DNA of 64,000 nt, taken from Massalongia carnosa (lineage: Eukaryota). A program made the position numbers and the translations under genes. Shown piece by piece: positions 47,519 through 61,319 of this stretch (position 1 is the first letter of the stretch; every line of letters starts with the position of its first letter). The notes under the pieces are model-generated. The model made no database searches, had not been told where the DNA came from, and saw only the letters and a program-made list of their open reading frames with translations. The stretch lies in assembly GCA_965645245.1 (NCBI GenBank), contig OZ287071.1:2108001-2172000 (forward strand), written 5' to 3'.

Positions 47519-49868
47519 CTGGGTGGGAGGAGGGTGCTGGTAAAGGTTTGCTAGAGTTGCGGATGGTTACCCGCGGGGTTGGTGTATTCTTCAGGGGTGG
47601 TAGATTTTGGGAGGTAGGTTTCTGCGCTCAAATATTTCCATACCCGAGCTTGCAGGGCGTCTATCAAACGATCGGCCATTTCTTAGATGGGTGCATATCC
47701 ATGCTTTCTTTACAATATGCAATTTCTTTTAGGCTTGTCGAGTTATCTAATAAAAATCGTATTTGTCTTTTTTTCTCGACTACCATCAACCCTTTCTTTT
47801 TCTCAAAGTCATAGTTGTCTTCGCTTCCATAGAGCTTTCCCCTTTTCTTTGAGACCCAACTCGTTAGATATTACATATTCCCACCCACACCTTAACTTCC
47901 TCCGCCCGCCATTTTTAAAATCAAAAGGTGCTGAAGTGTCTTTCTCTCCACCTCCTGAGCAATCACAGCGATCAGCATTTCCAAACGCTCACAAGTGAAA
48001 CTATGTTCGAGAGTAACATTTAAAATGTTCCATCTTAAGAGAGGTCAACTATTTACCGCTAAACCTCAGTGGAAAGAACATCTTCATGAAGCCGCAAGGC
48101 TTGATTGGCTAGAAGCGGATGGCGGATAAATCGTCTGCTGATGTAGTTAACTCCCCTTCTTATGATGATGGCGGCGGCGGAAGACAGGATGTATGGAATA
48201 GGTACACTTTTGGACTTCGAGTGTGCTCCCTCCTGCATATTTACAATCCTACGAGACCAACCCATCCAGGGGAAATTCAATATTTTTCTCAGACCTCTCC
48301 CTTACCACTGGTCTCTTCTTAACGATAGAAGGTCCATGAGGAGCCAACTGTGAGTATAAATCAACAGCTCTAGGGCAGTGTTCTCATTTTAACAGAAAAC
48401 CCCCCCCTATTTTCTAGGCACTTTGACTTTTCTTATCGTCGTTCTGAGTTTCTCTTTCAGGGGCGTGATTGTTGTATGAAAATAGTTTTGATTAAGATCA
48501 CGACGCATAGCAGTATTTTCAGGACTTTGTTGTCGTGGCCTCAGATTCTTGCTTTGTATCTCATACTTTTATACTCTTGTGGGCGCTATTTCCGTATTTC
48601 TACCCCCAGATCCAGTTTTTCTCGTATTTAGGTAAAAACCCACCTAATTAACCTTGTGTCATCCATCTATGCGCCCTTTCATCGAGTTTCTTATTGTCTT
48701 CTTTTTCCTTTCTTCCCTACCAATATTTTGCTCTCACCATCGCGGTGATGCGCTAAGGTGTGGCGAAGGGTAGGAGGGAAGGTAGAAGAAGAAGTAGAAG
48801 GAGAAGAGAGAGAGAGAGATAGGAAGATATCCGGAAGAGATACAAAAAGTTAAACCAATCCAGCAGTTAGGATCATGTCGTCGAATATCAGAAAAAAAGT
48901 AGGATTGAGAGTGTAAGATAGGATCCGGAAGCATGAGGTCCGAACCAACGAGTGGTTTACGGAATGTCCAGAGCGTTGAAAACTCCCTGATTTTCTACCT
49001 AACAGATGTTCCTCTAAGTCAACCCACCTCCACAAACAGCCTTTCTAAATAAATTGTCAATATAACTAGATTTCTAAGCCGCAACTCGTCTACTCAAGAT
49101 GAACTCGGCCAAGGAAAAAACTCTGCTGTCAAAAGGGGAGTTTGAGCATCAAATGTTCATGGAGGCGTCCTCGGTATTTCTTTTTTCTTTGGTTTGACTG
49201 TGAAGTCTCCCCCACTCTACCTCTGTCTTAATCTTCTAGCCTATATTCTAAATCTTCCTATTTTTGAAAGCCAACGAACGAACAAATGAGGTGCTTAATT
49301 ACCGCAGTTTGCTGCTCAGAGTATCAAGTAGATAGATATTTTGGAAAGGAAGAGTCTTTTTTCTCGTTTTTCTTTTTGTGGATTTAGCTCATCAAACGTC
49401 TTTTCCAATACTCGATGTAGCTATGATTCAAGATCAAGATATATGAAATATAAAAAACAAAACCACAAAGAAAATTAATTCCTTATCACAGCCATCAAAG
49501 CAACTATCGCTAGAAACCTTAAATTGCTAAGTCAAGCTGCCGTTTCCAAGGCACCTCGCACGCTGGGCTTCTTCCCCGGAAGCATGGCTGCTTGCTCATA
49601 AGTGAGTCAGTTAGGGGGGCACGACTCGTGTTGGTGATAATGGCCAGAGAGAACCTATGCATGTGGGGGAAGAGGAGGAGGGGAAGGCTGGGGAGATTTG
49701 ATGAGTACTTATACAAAGCACAAAATGAGGGGATTGGAAGGGAGCAAATAACCACGGAGTTGAAGGATATTCAAAGCATGGAGATGTGAAATAAAGCGCG
49801 TGAGCATTTGAAGTCCCAAAGCCCGAATGTTTCAGTTATTAGCGGTCCCCCTGGAGAAATCAAACAGA

Positions 49869-52095
49869 TCACACAATCGTGACCCCCCACATCCTCCACC
49901 TCCGTTCCCATCCCCACCCTTCGCCCTCAACACCACTACCACTCGTATCCCCAACCTCATCTCCCTCCGCCCCAGACCCCGCACTTCCCACCTCCTCCCC
50001 TTTCCTCCCCCCTTTCCTCCGCCGAGGAATTCCATATTCCTTGAGACAGCACTGGAACGGTATACCCTTCGGCGGCGGGCTGCTGTTGGCTGCAGCGTTC
50101 GTTCCGGATGGCTGTTTCGGGGGTTTGTGATGACCGGATTTGTCGGGGACGGATAGCGCAGTTCGGGCGAGGGATTTTCGCTCTTCGAGGTCGCCCCAGA
50201 GGAGGAAGAGCTTTTCGCGGAGGGCGGCTAAGGCGGAGGGGGAGGCGCGGAGGCTGGATAATCAGGGGTTGGGAGTTAGCTAAAACATGTAGATAATGTG
50301 CATAGCGAAAACCGGCGGGCGTTGAGATGTGGCCGAGGATGAACACTCACTCCTCCGCATCTAGCCTGAGCAGAAAGTCCCCATCCATCGCCGCAACATA
50401 GGCTGTCATCGTAGCCTTTTCCTCATTCCGGCTACCCATCGCGTCCTCCAGCACCAAGCCAAACCGCCACTCCCAGCGCCTCTCTTCGGCATCTGGGCCC
50501 TCGCTCTGATCATCGCTAGAGCCGCTGTTTTCGTTTTCGGACAGCACATCGAATTCCGACGGGCGGGGACAGCGAACGGCAAAGTCGGCGAGGTCGGGAG
50601 GGAAGAAATCAATTATGCGAACGGTAGTGCGGGAATTTATATTTTGGAAGGGAAGGGTGTAGGGCGTGCCGTTGGGAGTTTTAAGGGCGTGGGTTGCGAG
50701 GGAGAGGATGGAGGATAGGGGTCGAGGGGGGACGGAAAGGTGAGAGCAGTGAACTGGAGATTTCAGTATTGATTTTCGATCGCTATCTAAGGAGAAGATA
50801 CGGTGAAAGGAGGAAGAGAGGGAAATACTGTTCTTGTTTAATTCTTGCTTGCTGGGTTTTGGCAGGGGAGACGCTGGTATTTTGTGGATTTTGTCTTGCT
50901 GTTTGCTCTCTTCATTGCGCTGAGCGAGTGCAAGTTCCTCTCGTTCCTTTTTTCGTCTTTTCTTAGCCCCTGATTTGGACTCTTCTTTATCACCAATTTT
51001 CCGTTTTTCGCCTCTGACTTCATTGACGAAATTCTGGCTTTGGTCTTTAAACTTTCGTAGATACTCTTGCTTGCGTCGGAGCACATTCTTGACCCGATCG
51101 TCATCTTGGTGGGTTTTCAGAATGCTAACATCAACTCGAGCCGCATCTCTTTGGTCTGTGTGCATACTTCCCTCCACCTTGGCATCTTTACTGTACCTAA
51201 TTCGGACATTTCTAAGAAAAACAAAATCTTGTTCCTTGACATTCGCCTGCGCAAAATACGAGTGGGATGGCCATAGTGTTACCGTCAGGGTTGATCGTCC
51301 GAAAGGACCCGGCCACTTCTTGTTGGATGAGTTTCGAGGTATGTAACCAAATTCATCGCCATCTCGACCGACTTCTTCCTCCCCGCCTGTATGGCCCCAC
51401 TCATAGTTATAAAGCAGTTGGTTTGAAGTATAGTCTGTGATATATAACTCAACACAGCCGTTATTAGGATATATCTTTACGACTTGTCCCACAAGATCGT
51501 AGAAATTGTCGATCTGCACATCTTTGATTAGGGAAAACTTTTCTCGTTGCCCTCGGTTCATGGGCGGAGCACCTTGTGAGAGAGGAACAATGGAACTTGG
51601 CGGAGGAAGGGATTTTGGCGTTGTGTATGAGCTCCTCTTTCGAGAATTACACAAGTGGATGGCGTAGTGCATCTCTGAAGCTGATGGCACAGCAGAACGA
51701 TGGTCTTTGACGTGCTTTAGGTTAGAAAGGTTGGAGGGAGACTTTTCTGAGATTGAGCTCGCAGGAAAGATAACATAGGTGGTGCTCCACTTAGCCAATG
51801 CTATGGACATACCGCTCCATTCTTTGATTTTGATGTTCCGCAGCGCAATGACATCGCCAGTTCCCTCGATATTTGGCAATTCTGTCTCCAAGGGCCTAAA
51901 ATAACGGACTTTGAGGCCATCATCATTAAACCCATATGTGTCATCGGCAATCGAAAATGTACACATCCAGTCAGATCCTCTTGATCTAGTGGCCGGCATG
52001 AGATCCGTCACAACCCCTATGATGTTAACTTCCTGATTTTTTTGATCTATAGCCGTTCGAATGTCCAGGAAGCCCTGAGGTACCATTGACGCCAT
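49869..52095 (-). CDS. POT1: Protection of telomeres protein 1 (OB-fold telomere ssDNA-binding)
   Basis: Motifs VNIIGVVTD, FYDLVGQVVK, LYITDYTSN, WPGPFG, VRIIDFFP, LREKLFLLWGDLEE and PFQCCLKEYG..GWERRW. Introns 50828-50754 and 50350-50254. Confidence 0.9.
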
Positions 52096-52617
52096 TTGGA
52101 GAAGAAACCCTCACCAGGGGGTCAAAATAGCGTAAACTATAGAAATACAACGATAAAGCGATATAGGTAGAAATCTAACGCAAACGGGCGCAGGTCAAAC
52201 TATCCATCGCAAAGCATCTAATCAATCTTATCTCCAATGAAAGATCAGCAAGACAACGCTCTGCTAGTATAAATCATAGTTAAGTAGCAAAGTCATGATT
52301 TACGTTTGTCGAAATAGTAGCGTAGGTACAAAGCCTACTCGGTACTCCGTAAAAGGGATATATGAACTAACCAACGCGAGTTACACGCACGCGTCAAGTT
52401 AAATCACTAGAACAGGTGACTTTCTCGGTTAAAGCAATTGGCGCTAGTTAAACGGAAGTGGCGCCGATTCTCTATCTCAGTGACAACCTCAACAGTTGAT
52501 ATCTGCTTTGCCCTCCTCCATCCAACCTCCCATTAATTACTTTGTTCAGGAATATTGTGGCACTCCTGTGGTACTTTATTCATACGTGTGCATCAGAACT
52601 ACGACCTTACTGTCAAG

Positions 52618-54564
52618 ATGACGGAACGCTACATTCCAGAGCATCGTCGCACACAGTTCAAAGCCAAGAATACTTTCAAACCTGATGAACTTCGACGACG
52701 TCGTGAGGAGCAACAAGTCGAGATCCGTAAAGCCAAGAGAGAGGAGAACTTAGCAAAGCGAAGAGGCATCGCAGGTAGAGACGGAACACAGGCTGCACCA
52801 GGGGCGTCGCTTGGTGCCTCGATTGATAGTGATGATGAAGGGGGAACAATTGAAAGTCAGGTAGGTTAATCTGATAATTCTTCTTTGATTGATTCTAATT
52901 GGTGGGCTGTACTCGATTTTCATCGCTGTCCTGCAAGTTTCGTCTCTGTCCTACCCCTCCGATGTCGACTTCTCGTTGTAGGCGGTGACTACCAAAGATC
53001 AAGCAGGATGGCTTGTTTGCTTTCTAATTAAGACATATACATACAACATGCTAACGATAACTATTTGCTTAGCTCAATGTTGAACTCCCTCAGATGGTCG
53101 AGGGGGTATTCTCGAATGAGATTGACTCCCAAATTCAGGCTACAACTAAATTTCGAAAACTGTTATCCAAGGAACGGAATCCTCCGATTGAAAAAGTCAT
53201 TGAAACAGGTGTAGTTAGCCGATTTGTGGAGTTTCTCCGCTCTCCTCATACATTGGTTCAGTTTGAAGCAGCCTGGGCTTTGACAAATATCGCATCCGGT
53301 TCTGCACAACAAACACAGGTTGTCATAAACGCTGGTGCTGTGCCAATTTTTGTGGAGCTTCTTAGTAGTCACGAGCCGGATGTCAGAGAGCAAGCTGTAT
53401 GGGCCTTGGGGAACATTGCTGGAGATAGTCCGCACTGCAGGGACTTCGTTTTGCAAGCCGGCGCTTTGCGGCCGTTGCTTGCCCTCTTGGGAGACAGCCG
53501 TAAACTGAGTATGCTACGAAATGCGACATGGACATTGAGCAACTTCTGTCGTGGGAAGACACCACAGCCAGACTGGCAAACAGTAGGTGCTCCCCTGTAA
53601 GGTACCGATCTGAAAGCTGTGCTCAGTCATTCAGCAGATTCTTCCTGCGCTTCCAGTGCTCGCAAAATTGGTATATTCACTTGATGATGAGGTTCTCATC
53701 GATGCTTGCTGGGCTATCTCGTACCTGTCGGATGGCGCCAATGATAAAATTCAGGCGGTCATTGAAGCTGGCATTCCTCGACGTTTGGTAGAACTGCTTA
53801 TGCATTCCTCTACCTCGGTGCAAACCCCGGCGCTTCGTTCGGTTGGAAACATTGTCACAGGCGATGATGTGCAGACTCAAATCATCATTAACAATGGGTC
53901 TCTACCGGCTTTGCTATCCCTCCTGGGCTCAAACAAGGATGGCATTCGGAAGGAAGCATGCTGGACTATCTCCAACGTCACGGCTGGCAACTCAAATCAA
54001 ATTCAAGCTGTTATTGATGCCAATATCATTCCTCCATTGATCAACCTACTTTCCAATGGTGATTTCAAGACTCGTAAAGAAGCTTGCTGGGCCATCTCCA
54101 ATGCGACATCGGGCGGACTGCAAAAGCCTGAGCAGATACGCTACCTTGTGCAACAAGGCTGTATCAAACCACTTTGCGATCTGCTTTCTTGCCCTGATAA
54201 TAAGATCATTCAAGTCGCTTTGGATGGTTTAGAGAACATTCTGAAAGTTGGAGAAATGGATAAGGAAGCCTCGGACGCACCCGCGGACCAGAACGTTAAT
54301 CATTTCGCTCTTTATATCGAAGAAGCAGGTGGTATGGAGAAGATCCATGATTGTCAGAATAACATTAATGAAGAAATCTACATGAAGGCCTTCAACATCA
54401 TTGGGAAGTACTTCTCCGATGAAGAAGAAGCAGGTGTAGACATGAACAATCCAGCCGCTCAACAGACTGAAGGTAGCGGCTTTGGCTTTGGGGCGCAACA
54501 GCAGCAGCAGCAGCAACACGGTGGATTCAGCTTTGCTAATGGGGGCGATTCGATGGATATGTGA
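52618..54564 (+). CDS. SRP1: Importin subunit alpha (karyopherin alpha)
   Basis: IBB domain [26 protein letters not shown] and ARM repeats ([28 protein letters not shown]). Introns 52861-53072 and 53583-53637. Confidence 0.97.
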
Positions 54565-55544
54565 AATATTCGCTCTCATTCTCGACCATTCGCAGTCTCT
54601 ACACCCTGCATTAGGATGGCAAGAACCCAGTCTTGGCTGTATCTGAATGGGCATCCTGCAGGCTGTTCGGATTATGCCTTATGGAGATGAAGCCGATTGA
54701 ATTGGGGCATTTCGGGCCGGAGAACCCATAAATAGCTCCTTTTATTCTCATTCGCCAATCGCTCTTCCGTCCCCTATGGTACCAACCCCAACATGTCCAT
54801 GTTTTCCACCCCACATTCAAAATGTCGAACACCATCCGACGCCAATCACCATTTAGCGATGATTTTGCAATGCCATTCACGAACACCTGGGCGATCACGC
54901 AAGATTCACCGTCATGTATTTCTTGATTCATTCAACCACGATTTCAACACGGCATGTTTCACCCTGGCGTTCACGACATTTAGGTTGCGTATTCTTCTCA
55001 GCCCCGTGGTATTTGTTCATAGAAACGTGGCTACAGCTATCTGGGGATAACAACCTCCGGGCTTGCAGAATGAAATCTCAAGATCCTATCACTATCCCTA
55101 TTTGACAATCGGTGAATAGGATTGGTGATGGTTGGCATCTCAGATAACTATATCTAGTCAACCTTCGCTGTGACCTATATGATTAACTTGAACGATCAAC
55201 ACCCTCCATATCCATAGTTTATTAATGCCAAGTAGCTAGATAGCCTGTACAACTTTGATTGGCCATAAACAAACCCACATTCTACCAGCTTTACCTCCGT
55301 TATCTACCTCGTGAAAGTAGAGTATATCTCACGTGATCAAGTTCATACTACTAACCAGATATGACTAGCTTCGCTTTCTAGCTCTACCAGCCATACCTGA
55401 CATAAATCTCGCGTTGAGGAGATAAAGTTGTGGCTTGCCACACCACAACATGACTCCACGAGGAAAACGCGTAATGAATGTCCTAACCTTCTGAAAAGTC
55501 TAAGTATATCATTTACATCTAGCTTGAATACCCTGATGCTCTAG

Positions 55545-58500
55545 ATGCCTGCCAGACTGTCAAGCATGGAGCTCTCCGACCCTGCGACCTCCAATGTTAC
55601 CGGCAACAACGCCGCGCCAAATCGAAGAAAATCCTCGCGCACAAAACAGAAGCCCGTACTCCTTCAGGAAGATCCTTCATTGCTATATGTCAGTAATGGT
55701 AGCAGCAAACGAAAGCGCGCCGATACGCGCGGTGGAGATGCGGCCAGCTTGCAAGAGGATGCCTCCGATGAGAGCAGCCCTGAAGAAAGCGATGGGGATC
55801 CGGATGAAGAAGAGTTGAAGGAGAAGCGAAGACGGGCATCAAGATCCAAGAAAATCTCATCGAAACCTGTTGCGAAGAAAGCAAAAATCACCAACGCGCT
55901 TTCTACAAAGTTGGCAGTGCGACCAGCAATGAATGGAGTGAAGAAAGCGCCTAAGCCAAGGCAACCACGAGCTCGATCGCAAAATGGGGCTTCGGATATA
56001 GGGACTGGCCTTTATGGTATGTTAGGGTATCTAAGTTCACTAGAGCTGCAGTTGTTAATTCTAGAAAGCGGAAATATTCTCCTCAGCGCACACTTTGGAT
56101 GGAGTGGCGGCAGATTGGATGACGCGCTATGGGCAGCATCAGGCTAATGCGATGTGTGACCTGATCAACTTTGTCTTAAAGTGTACAGGCTGTGACCTTC
56201 AGGTTGATTTGCATGATATCGAGGACCCCGACAATGCAACGAGCAAGCTCACCGACTTGCAAGAAGAATACCGTGCGCTTAAGATAACGGATTACCCTTT
56301 GATATCCAAGTCAAAAGGCAACGCCTCTTTTCGCCTTACAATGACAACCTTCTTTCATTCGCTTATATCCACAGCTCACGCCGCAGGTGTTCTCTATAGC
56401 GACGAGGCCCTTCTTGAGAACCTTCAGGTATGGGTCACCGCAATGACGTCTTCAGCGATCAGACCTTTTAGGCACACCGCCACCGTGGCTTCTTTAGCTA
56501 TTGGGACCACAATGTGCAGATTAACTGCCGAGATTACCGATAGCATTGCAAAAACCATGAGGCAAATGGATAGTGAACAAAAGAAGAAGAATGTGAACAA
56601 GGATAGGGTGGCATTTTTACAAAACAAGGTTAATGATGAAGAGAAGAAGCGCGGCGCCATGGAAATCCACCTTAATGACATTTTTGAGACCGTTTATGTC
56701 CATCGCTATCGGGACGTTGATCCTAAAATACGAGTGGAATGTATTGCGGCGCTGGGCAATTGGATTATCACCGTTCCCGACATCTTCTTTACAGGCTTTT
56801 ATTTAAAGTACCTTGGTTGGGTGCTATCAGATACCGCGGCGCCAACGCGGGCAGAGGTTATCAAGCAATTTTTGAAGCTATTCAAAAACAAAGAAAATAT
56901 TGGTCGACTCCGTGCGTTCACAGAACGATTTCGCCCCCGGCTAGTGGAGATGGCTACCAGAGACGCAGAACCTAGTATTAGAGCTGCCACAGTGGAGTTG
57001 TTAGACCTGGTAAGAGAGACGGGATTACTGGAGCCTGATGACATTGATGTCATTGGGCGACTTGTCTTTGATACTGAACCACGCGTACGCAAAGCGGTCT
57101 CGGGGTTTTTCGCCGAAAATATTAGCGACTTGTTCGAGTCCGCCATGGAGGACCTCGGCGGTGAAGAGGGTATTGCCGAGTATTTGGGCGAGGAAGTTGA
57201 GGATGATTATGATACCCCAAAAATTGCTTGGCTGAAATTCAAATGCTTGGCGGAGGTATTGGAGTCATACGACAATGAGAATGAAGAGGAGTCAGTAACG
57301 ACCACAAAACATGGTGAAATTACTGAGAGCTTGAATGCCGGCGGTGTAGAATCGAGGCTATCTTTAGCTGCGCAAGCGATCTATGACGGCGTTCCGGAAG
57401 TGAAGGACTGGGAAATTCTGGCTGGATATCTCCTCTACGATCATTCGAGCTTGCCTGCAGACGAAAGCGATCCAGAACGAGCGTTTAGGGGCCGTTGTCA
57501 GCTGGTTGAACGGCAAGAGACACTTCTTCTTGAAATCCTGAATGTTGCAGTTAACTCTCGGCTCTCGGCAGCTATCACATCGGAAACGGACAAGAAAGGG
57601 AAGAAAACCAAGGCCCGAGCAGAAGAATCACGTGAGATTCAGGAAGCAACAGCGATTCATCTAGCTCAAGTCATCCCGCAGCTGCTGAAGAAATTCGGAT
57701 CCAATCCTGCAACGGCGACAGCAGTGCTTCGATTGGAGCACGTCCTGAACCTAGAAATCTTCCAGGAATTGAGGCAAGATTCGACAACCTATTCCTCATT
57801 GCTAGATGATATCAACAAGCAGTTTCTTACCCATGGCGACCAGGGTGTGCTTGCGGAGGCAAGCACCGCGCTCTTGCACGCGCGTAGTTTTGAGGATCTG
57901 GAAGAAATCACGGAGGGCAAAATGCAACAACTGTGGGAAGATACTATCAATACACTTCGCACGCTTGTGGGTAACAATAATCCTGACGGCGAAAACCTCA
58001 CCGACCTCTCTAACATAGTTCGCCGAATCGCAAACCTTGCCACCATCTCCGACTGCGTAGACGTCTTCAACGCGGAACCTCGATCGACATCAAAAAAGCC
58101 CAGCAGCGCCGCCAGCTCAAGCCCACAGGCCATTCTTCTATCTCTCCTCGACGAGCACCTTGGCAATGACGAACCCGACCCTGAGGCCGCCGAGGAAGTA
58201 GACGAGCTACTCATAAGCGCCATGAAAGCCCTTCTTTTCTACAACATGTGGATCTCACGTTCCCTGCATGCTGCCCTCGCCGCTAAAGCACCTCCTCCGG
58301 ACCTACCCTCCCACGATCCTTTTGCGCGAAGCCTCATTTCCGTCATGGAAGCCCGCAACGGTGGCGATCACGTCCGTCTTGCTGCCGCGGGAACCTACCT
58401 TGACCTTTACACCCTCTTCGCCACATTTCGCCACACGCCCACCGACAACAATGACATCAAAGCGCTCGTTCAGCACGTCCCTGCCGAGGGTCAAACTCTC

Positions 58501-59139
58501 ATCATTGCGATCTTCACCGCCGCCGAGAAACAATTTGCCAAGAAGTCTCACCGTACGTTGGAGACCATCGTCAATGACACCTTGGCCATCGACTTCGATC
58601 CTGAAGACTCGTCGGAGGAGGAAGACGATGAGAACGATGAGAGTGCTCCTTCCGGTCACCAAAAACGCGTTCAGCAAGATCGCCTTCTGGCAGAAAAGCG
58701 GCTTTGCGAGTTGGCGGGAAAGATGGTCCTTGCGATTATCGGGCGAGTCTTGGATTATGAGGGGCCAGGCAAGGGGGCGGTGAAGGCGCGATTAGCAAGG
58801 AACAAGCTGCGATTGGGTGGGAATTTCAAGGAGGTCGTGGCTTTTCTGGACGCGCCGAAGCCCAAGGTGGTGGCACGCCGCGGTAGGGTCCGAGAGACTG
58901 GCCAAGCCGGGGGGGAACGGCCGCCAAAGGGGAAGAGTGAGGAGGTGGTCCGTGACGAAGACGACGACAGCGATGCGCAACTGGAGGATCGGGTGTTGGA
59001 GGAGGGCGGGGAGGAGGATCTCCGCACACGGGAACTGGATCCTGTGGACAACGGGGTGGAGGATGAGGATGTAGAGCAGGGGGCTGGCGCAAGGGGGGAC
59101 GAGGACGAGGAGGAGGAGGATGATATTATGGGGGATTGA
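55545..59139 (+). CDS. SCC3: Cohesin subunit Scc3/STAG (Irr1/Psc3)
   Basis: Motifs RPFRHTAT, VHRYRDVDPKIRVECI, YLGWVLSD and FTERFRPRLVEMA. Intron 56017-56068; acidic C-terminal tail. Confidence 0.93.
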
Positions 59140-59838
59140 TCTTTCTTTCTTGCGCCTGTATCGATTTGCTCTGTAAGTACCAGTCAGTACCTTTGGGAGG
59201 GAGGGGGAGGGAGGCGGTCGTGCTTCATTCCAGCAACTATCCGGCTCTCCTTTTTCCCGCCCAAGGTTTATTGCGGGCACGGATCCTTGCCTTTTTTCCT
59301 TCTCTCTATCGGCTCACTTCATTCCTAAACAGTTTTCGTCGCTTCCTCTATACTACAGCCGATGATGGATTCACGTGAACGAGCTCTCTTTCCCCTGCTC
59401 TATATATATTATATATCAAGCGCCCAAGCGAGAATTTCTGTCATCCATCAATCTATTACATAGCAACTCGGTCATTTTTTCAATTTTTTGGTTTATTTTT
59501 TTAGTTTCTCAAATACACTTCATCCGCTGGTTTTACACATCAATTACTTATTCCCATCATTTAAAGAGAGAACTCTTCAGTATTCATTCCTATTCCTACC
59601 GGATTTGCTTGTTATCGAAGCAATTCTGCGAGAGAGCCTTGGTTTCATAACTACCCTCAAGGCGCATTCGGACTTGAAGTGGATTTACGTTACAGATGTG
59701 CTCTCTCTTTCCCACATACATAGGTACCTCCTCCGAGTATGTGCACCGCACCCTCCCCTCCCTTTCCGTCCTTCTCTCTCTTTCTACATACGATCTGCCA
59801 AATCCCTAAACACCCAGCGTCGAGAATTCCCGATCACC

Positions 59839-60527
59839 ATGATTCGTTTTGCATTCTTAATCTCCGCGATTCTAGTAGCAATCGGTCGTAGCGCGCCCAT
59901 TCCGGCGTTAGATTTCGCCTCCAATAATAACAACAACAACAACGACCTCGCCATCACCACCACCACCACCACCACAACCGCCGACTTCCCCGCTCCCGAT
60001 CTCCCCTCGTCGGACCCACTCAGCGCCGCCTCTCTTCCCGCTCCAACTCCGACACAGACACAATCGCCTCCACTGACCCTTCTGCCAACCTCCTCAATAA
60101 CCCATCCTCACCCCAATCGGCCCCCATCTTAGACCCTACCCTCCTCATGGCCTCCAACCCCGCCGCTGCCTCCCCCTCCCCCGCCCCGGCCCCCGGCGTT
60201 TACGGCCCCGGAAACGTTGACATCGCCCGCACCAGCACCAACGACAACCTCGATCACTACTATCGCAGCTGCAACGGCCACTGCCAAGTTTGCCTCCTGG
60301 ACAAACACCTGCCACTGGGGGAGCGGCCGCACTGCATGTGGGCCGACCTCTACACCGACGGCGGCACCAAGGAACACCCGCTGTACAAGGTGTGCTACCG
60401 CCGGTATTACGGCGAGAATATGTACGACCCAGGGCCTTGCTATTCGTACGACCCCACCAAGGATGTAGACCGCGCGAATGACTGGTATCTGCATAAGCAT
60501 CCGCTGTATGACGATGGGGGGGACTAG
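59839..60527 (+). CDS. Small secreted protein with a low-complexity linker and six-Cys C-terminal domain; one apparent frameshift
   Basis: Signal peptide MIRFAFLISAILVAIGRSAP and N/T repeats. A frame change near ~59990-60045 links it to the open frame ending CNGHCQVC...C...C...CYSYD...*. Confidence 0.55.
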
Positions 60528-61319
60528 GTCAGGGGTAGGAAGAGGGGACTAGAGCGTCTTAGGAGGAAAATTAGACCGGGGAAAGATCCGGGAGAAAGAA
60601 GGGGGGGGTTGGGGCCCCCCTTGGGTGAGGGAATCAACACATATGTAAGTACACAATAATGATGAGCTAAGCTACCTAGCAAAAGAGAGGTAAAAAAGAA
60701 AACCAACGGGCTCGTTCGAGTCCTTGGCGTCATCTAAAACGCTTTGTAATAATAACTAATTAACTAGTCCACGTAAATAAATCCCTAACCTGGCTATAAC
60801 AAATTAAGGGACTTCCGTTCAAACACCCCTGGAAAATAACCACCAAAAAACCACCACTTCAGCAGTTGGGGAACTGGCCGCTAGGATAGTTTTAACAGGA
60901 ATCGAATCCTAGATAATAGTCAGTATTATGATGATATTGTTACATAGGTTACAGTAACTGGTTTGGTTAGTTGGTTATTAGCGCCCCTTTCCCGGTTGCA
61001 GAGGTAGAGAGGTATGTACAGTGTGACACTAAGAAGTTCGGGATCCTGAAAAATCGGTTCGTCTGAGAACGTTTGGAAAATGGGTTTAGTTAACCTGATG
61101 ACAAGCTTAGTTGGTTGGTGGTTACGATACATAGTTAACGGCTCCTTTTTAAAGTTTCCGGGATATGTGAAAATAAACAATGGAGGAAGAGGGAAGAGTG
61201 AATGGGAAGGTAGTTTGACAGGAATGGGAGATGGTGTGGAGTATAGACTGAGAGCCCCTATCTAATCTAATCGAAATGCAAGAACTTTGGACGCTTGATT
61301 AAATGAATATCTAATCAAT

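Noticed and set aside
47520..49860. Telomerase RNA or other ncRNA in the gene-free gap next to POT1
   Set aside because: No TAACCCTAA-type template, snoRNA box pair or recognisable structure was found by eye. An Infernal/Rfam scan would be needed.
29600..59300. Numerous short antisense or overlapping ORFs over the helicase, importin and Scc3 genes
   Set aside because: Shadow ORFs of GC-rich coding sequence with no independent motifs.
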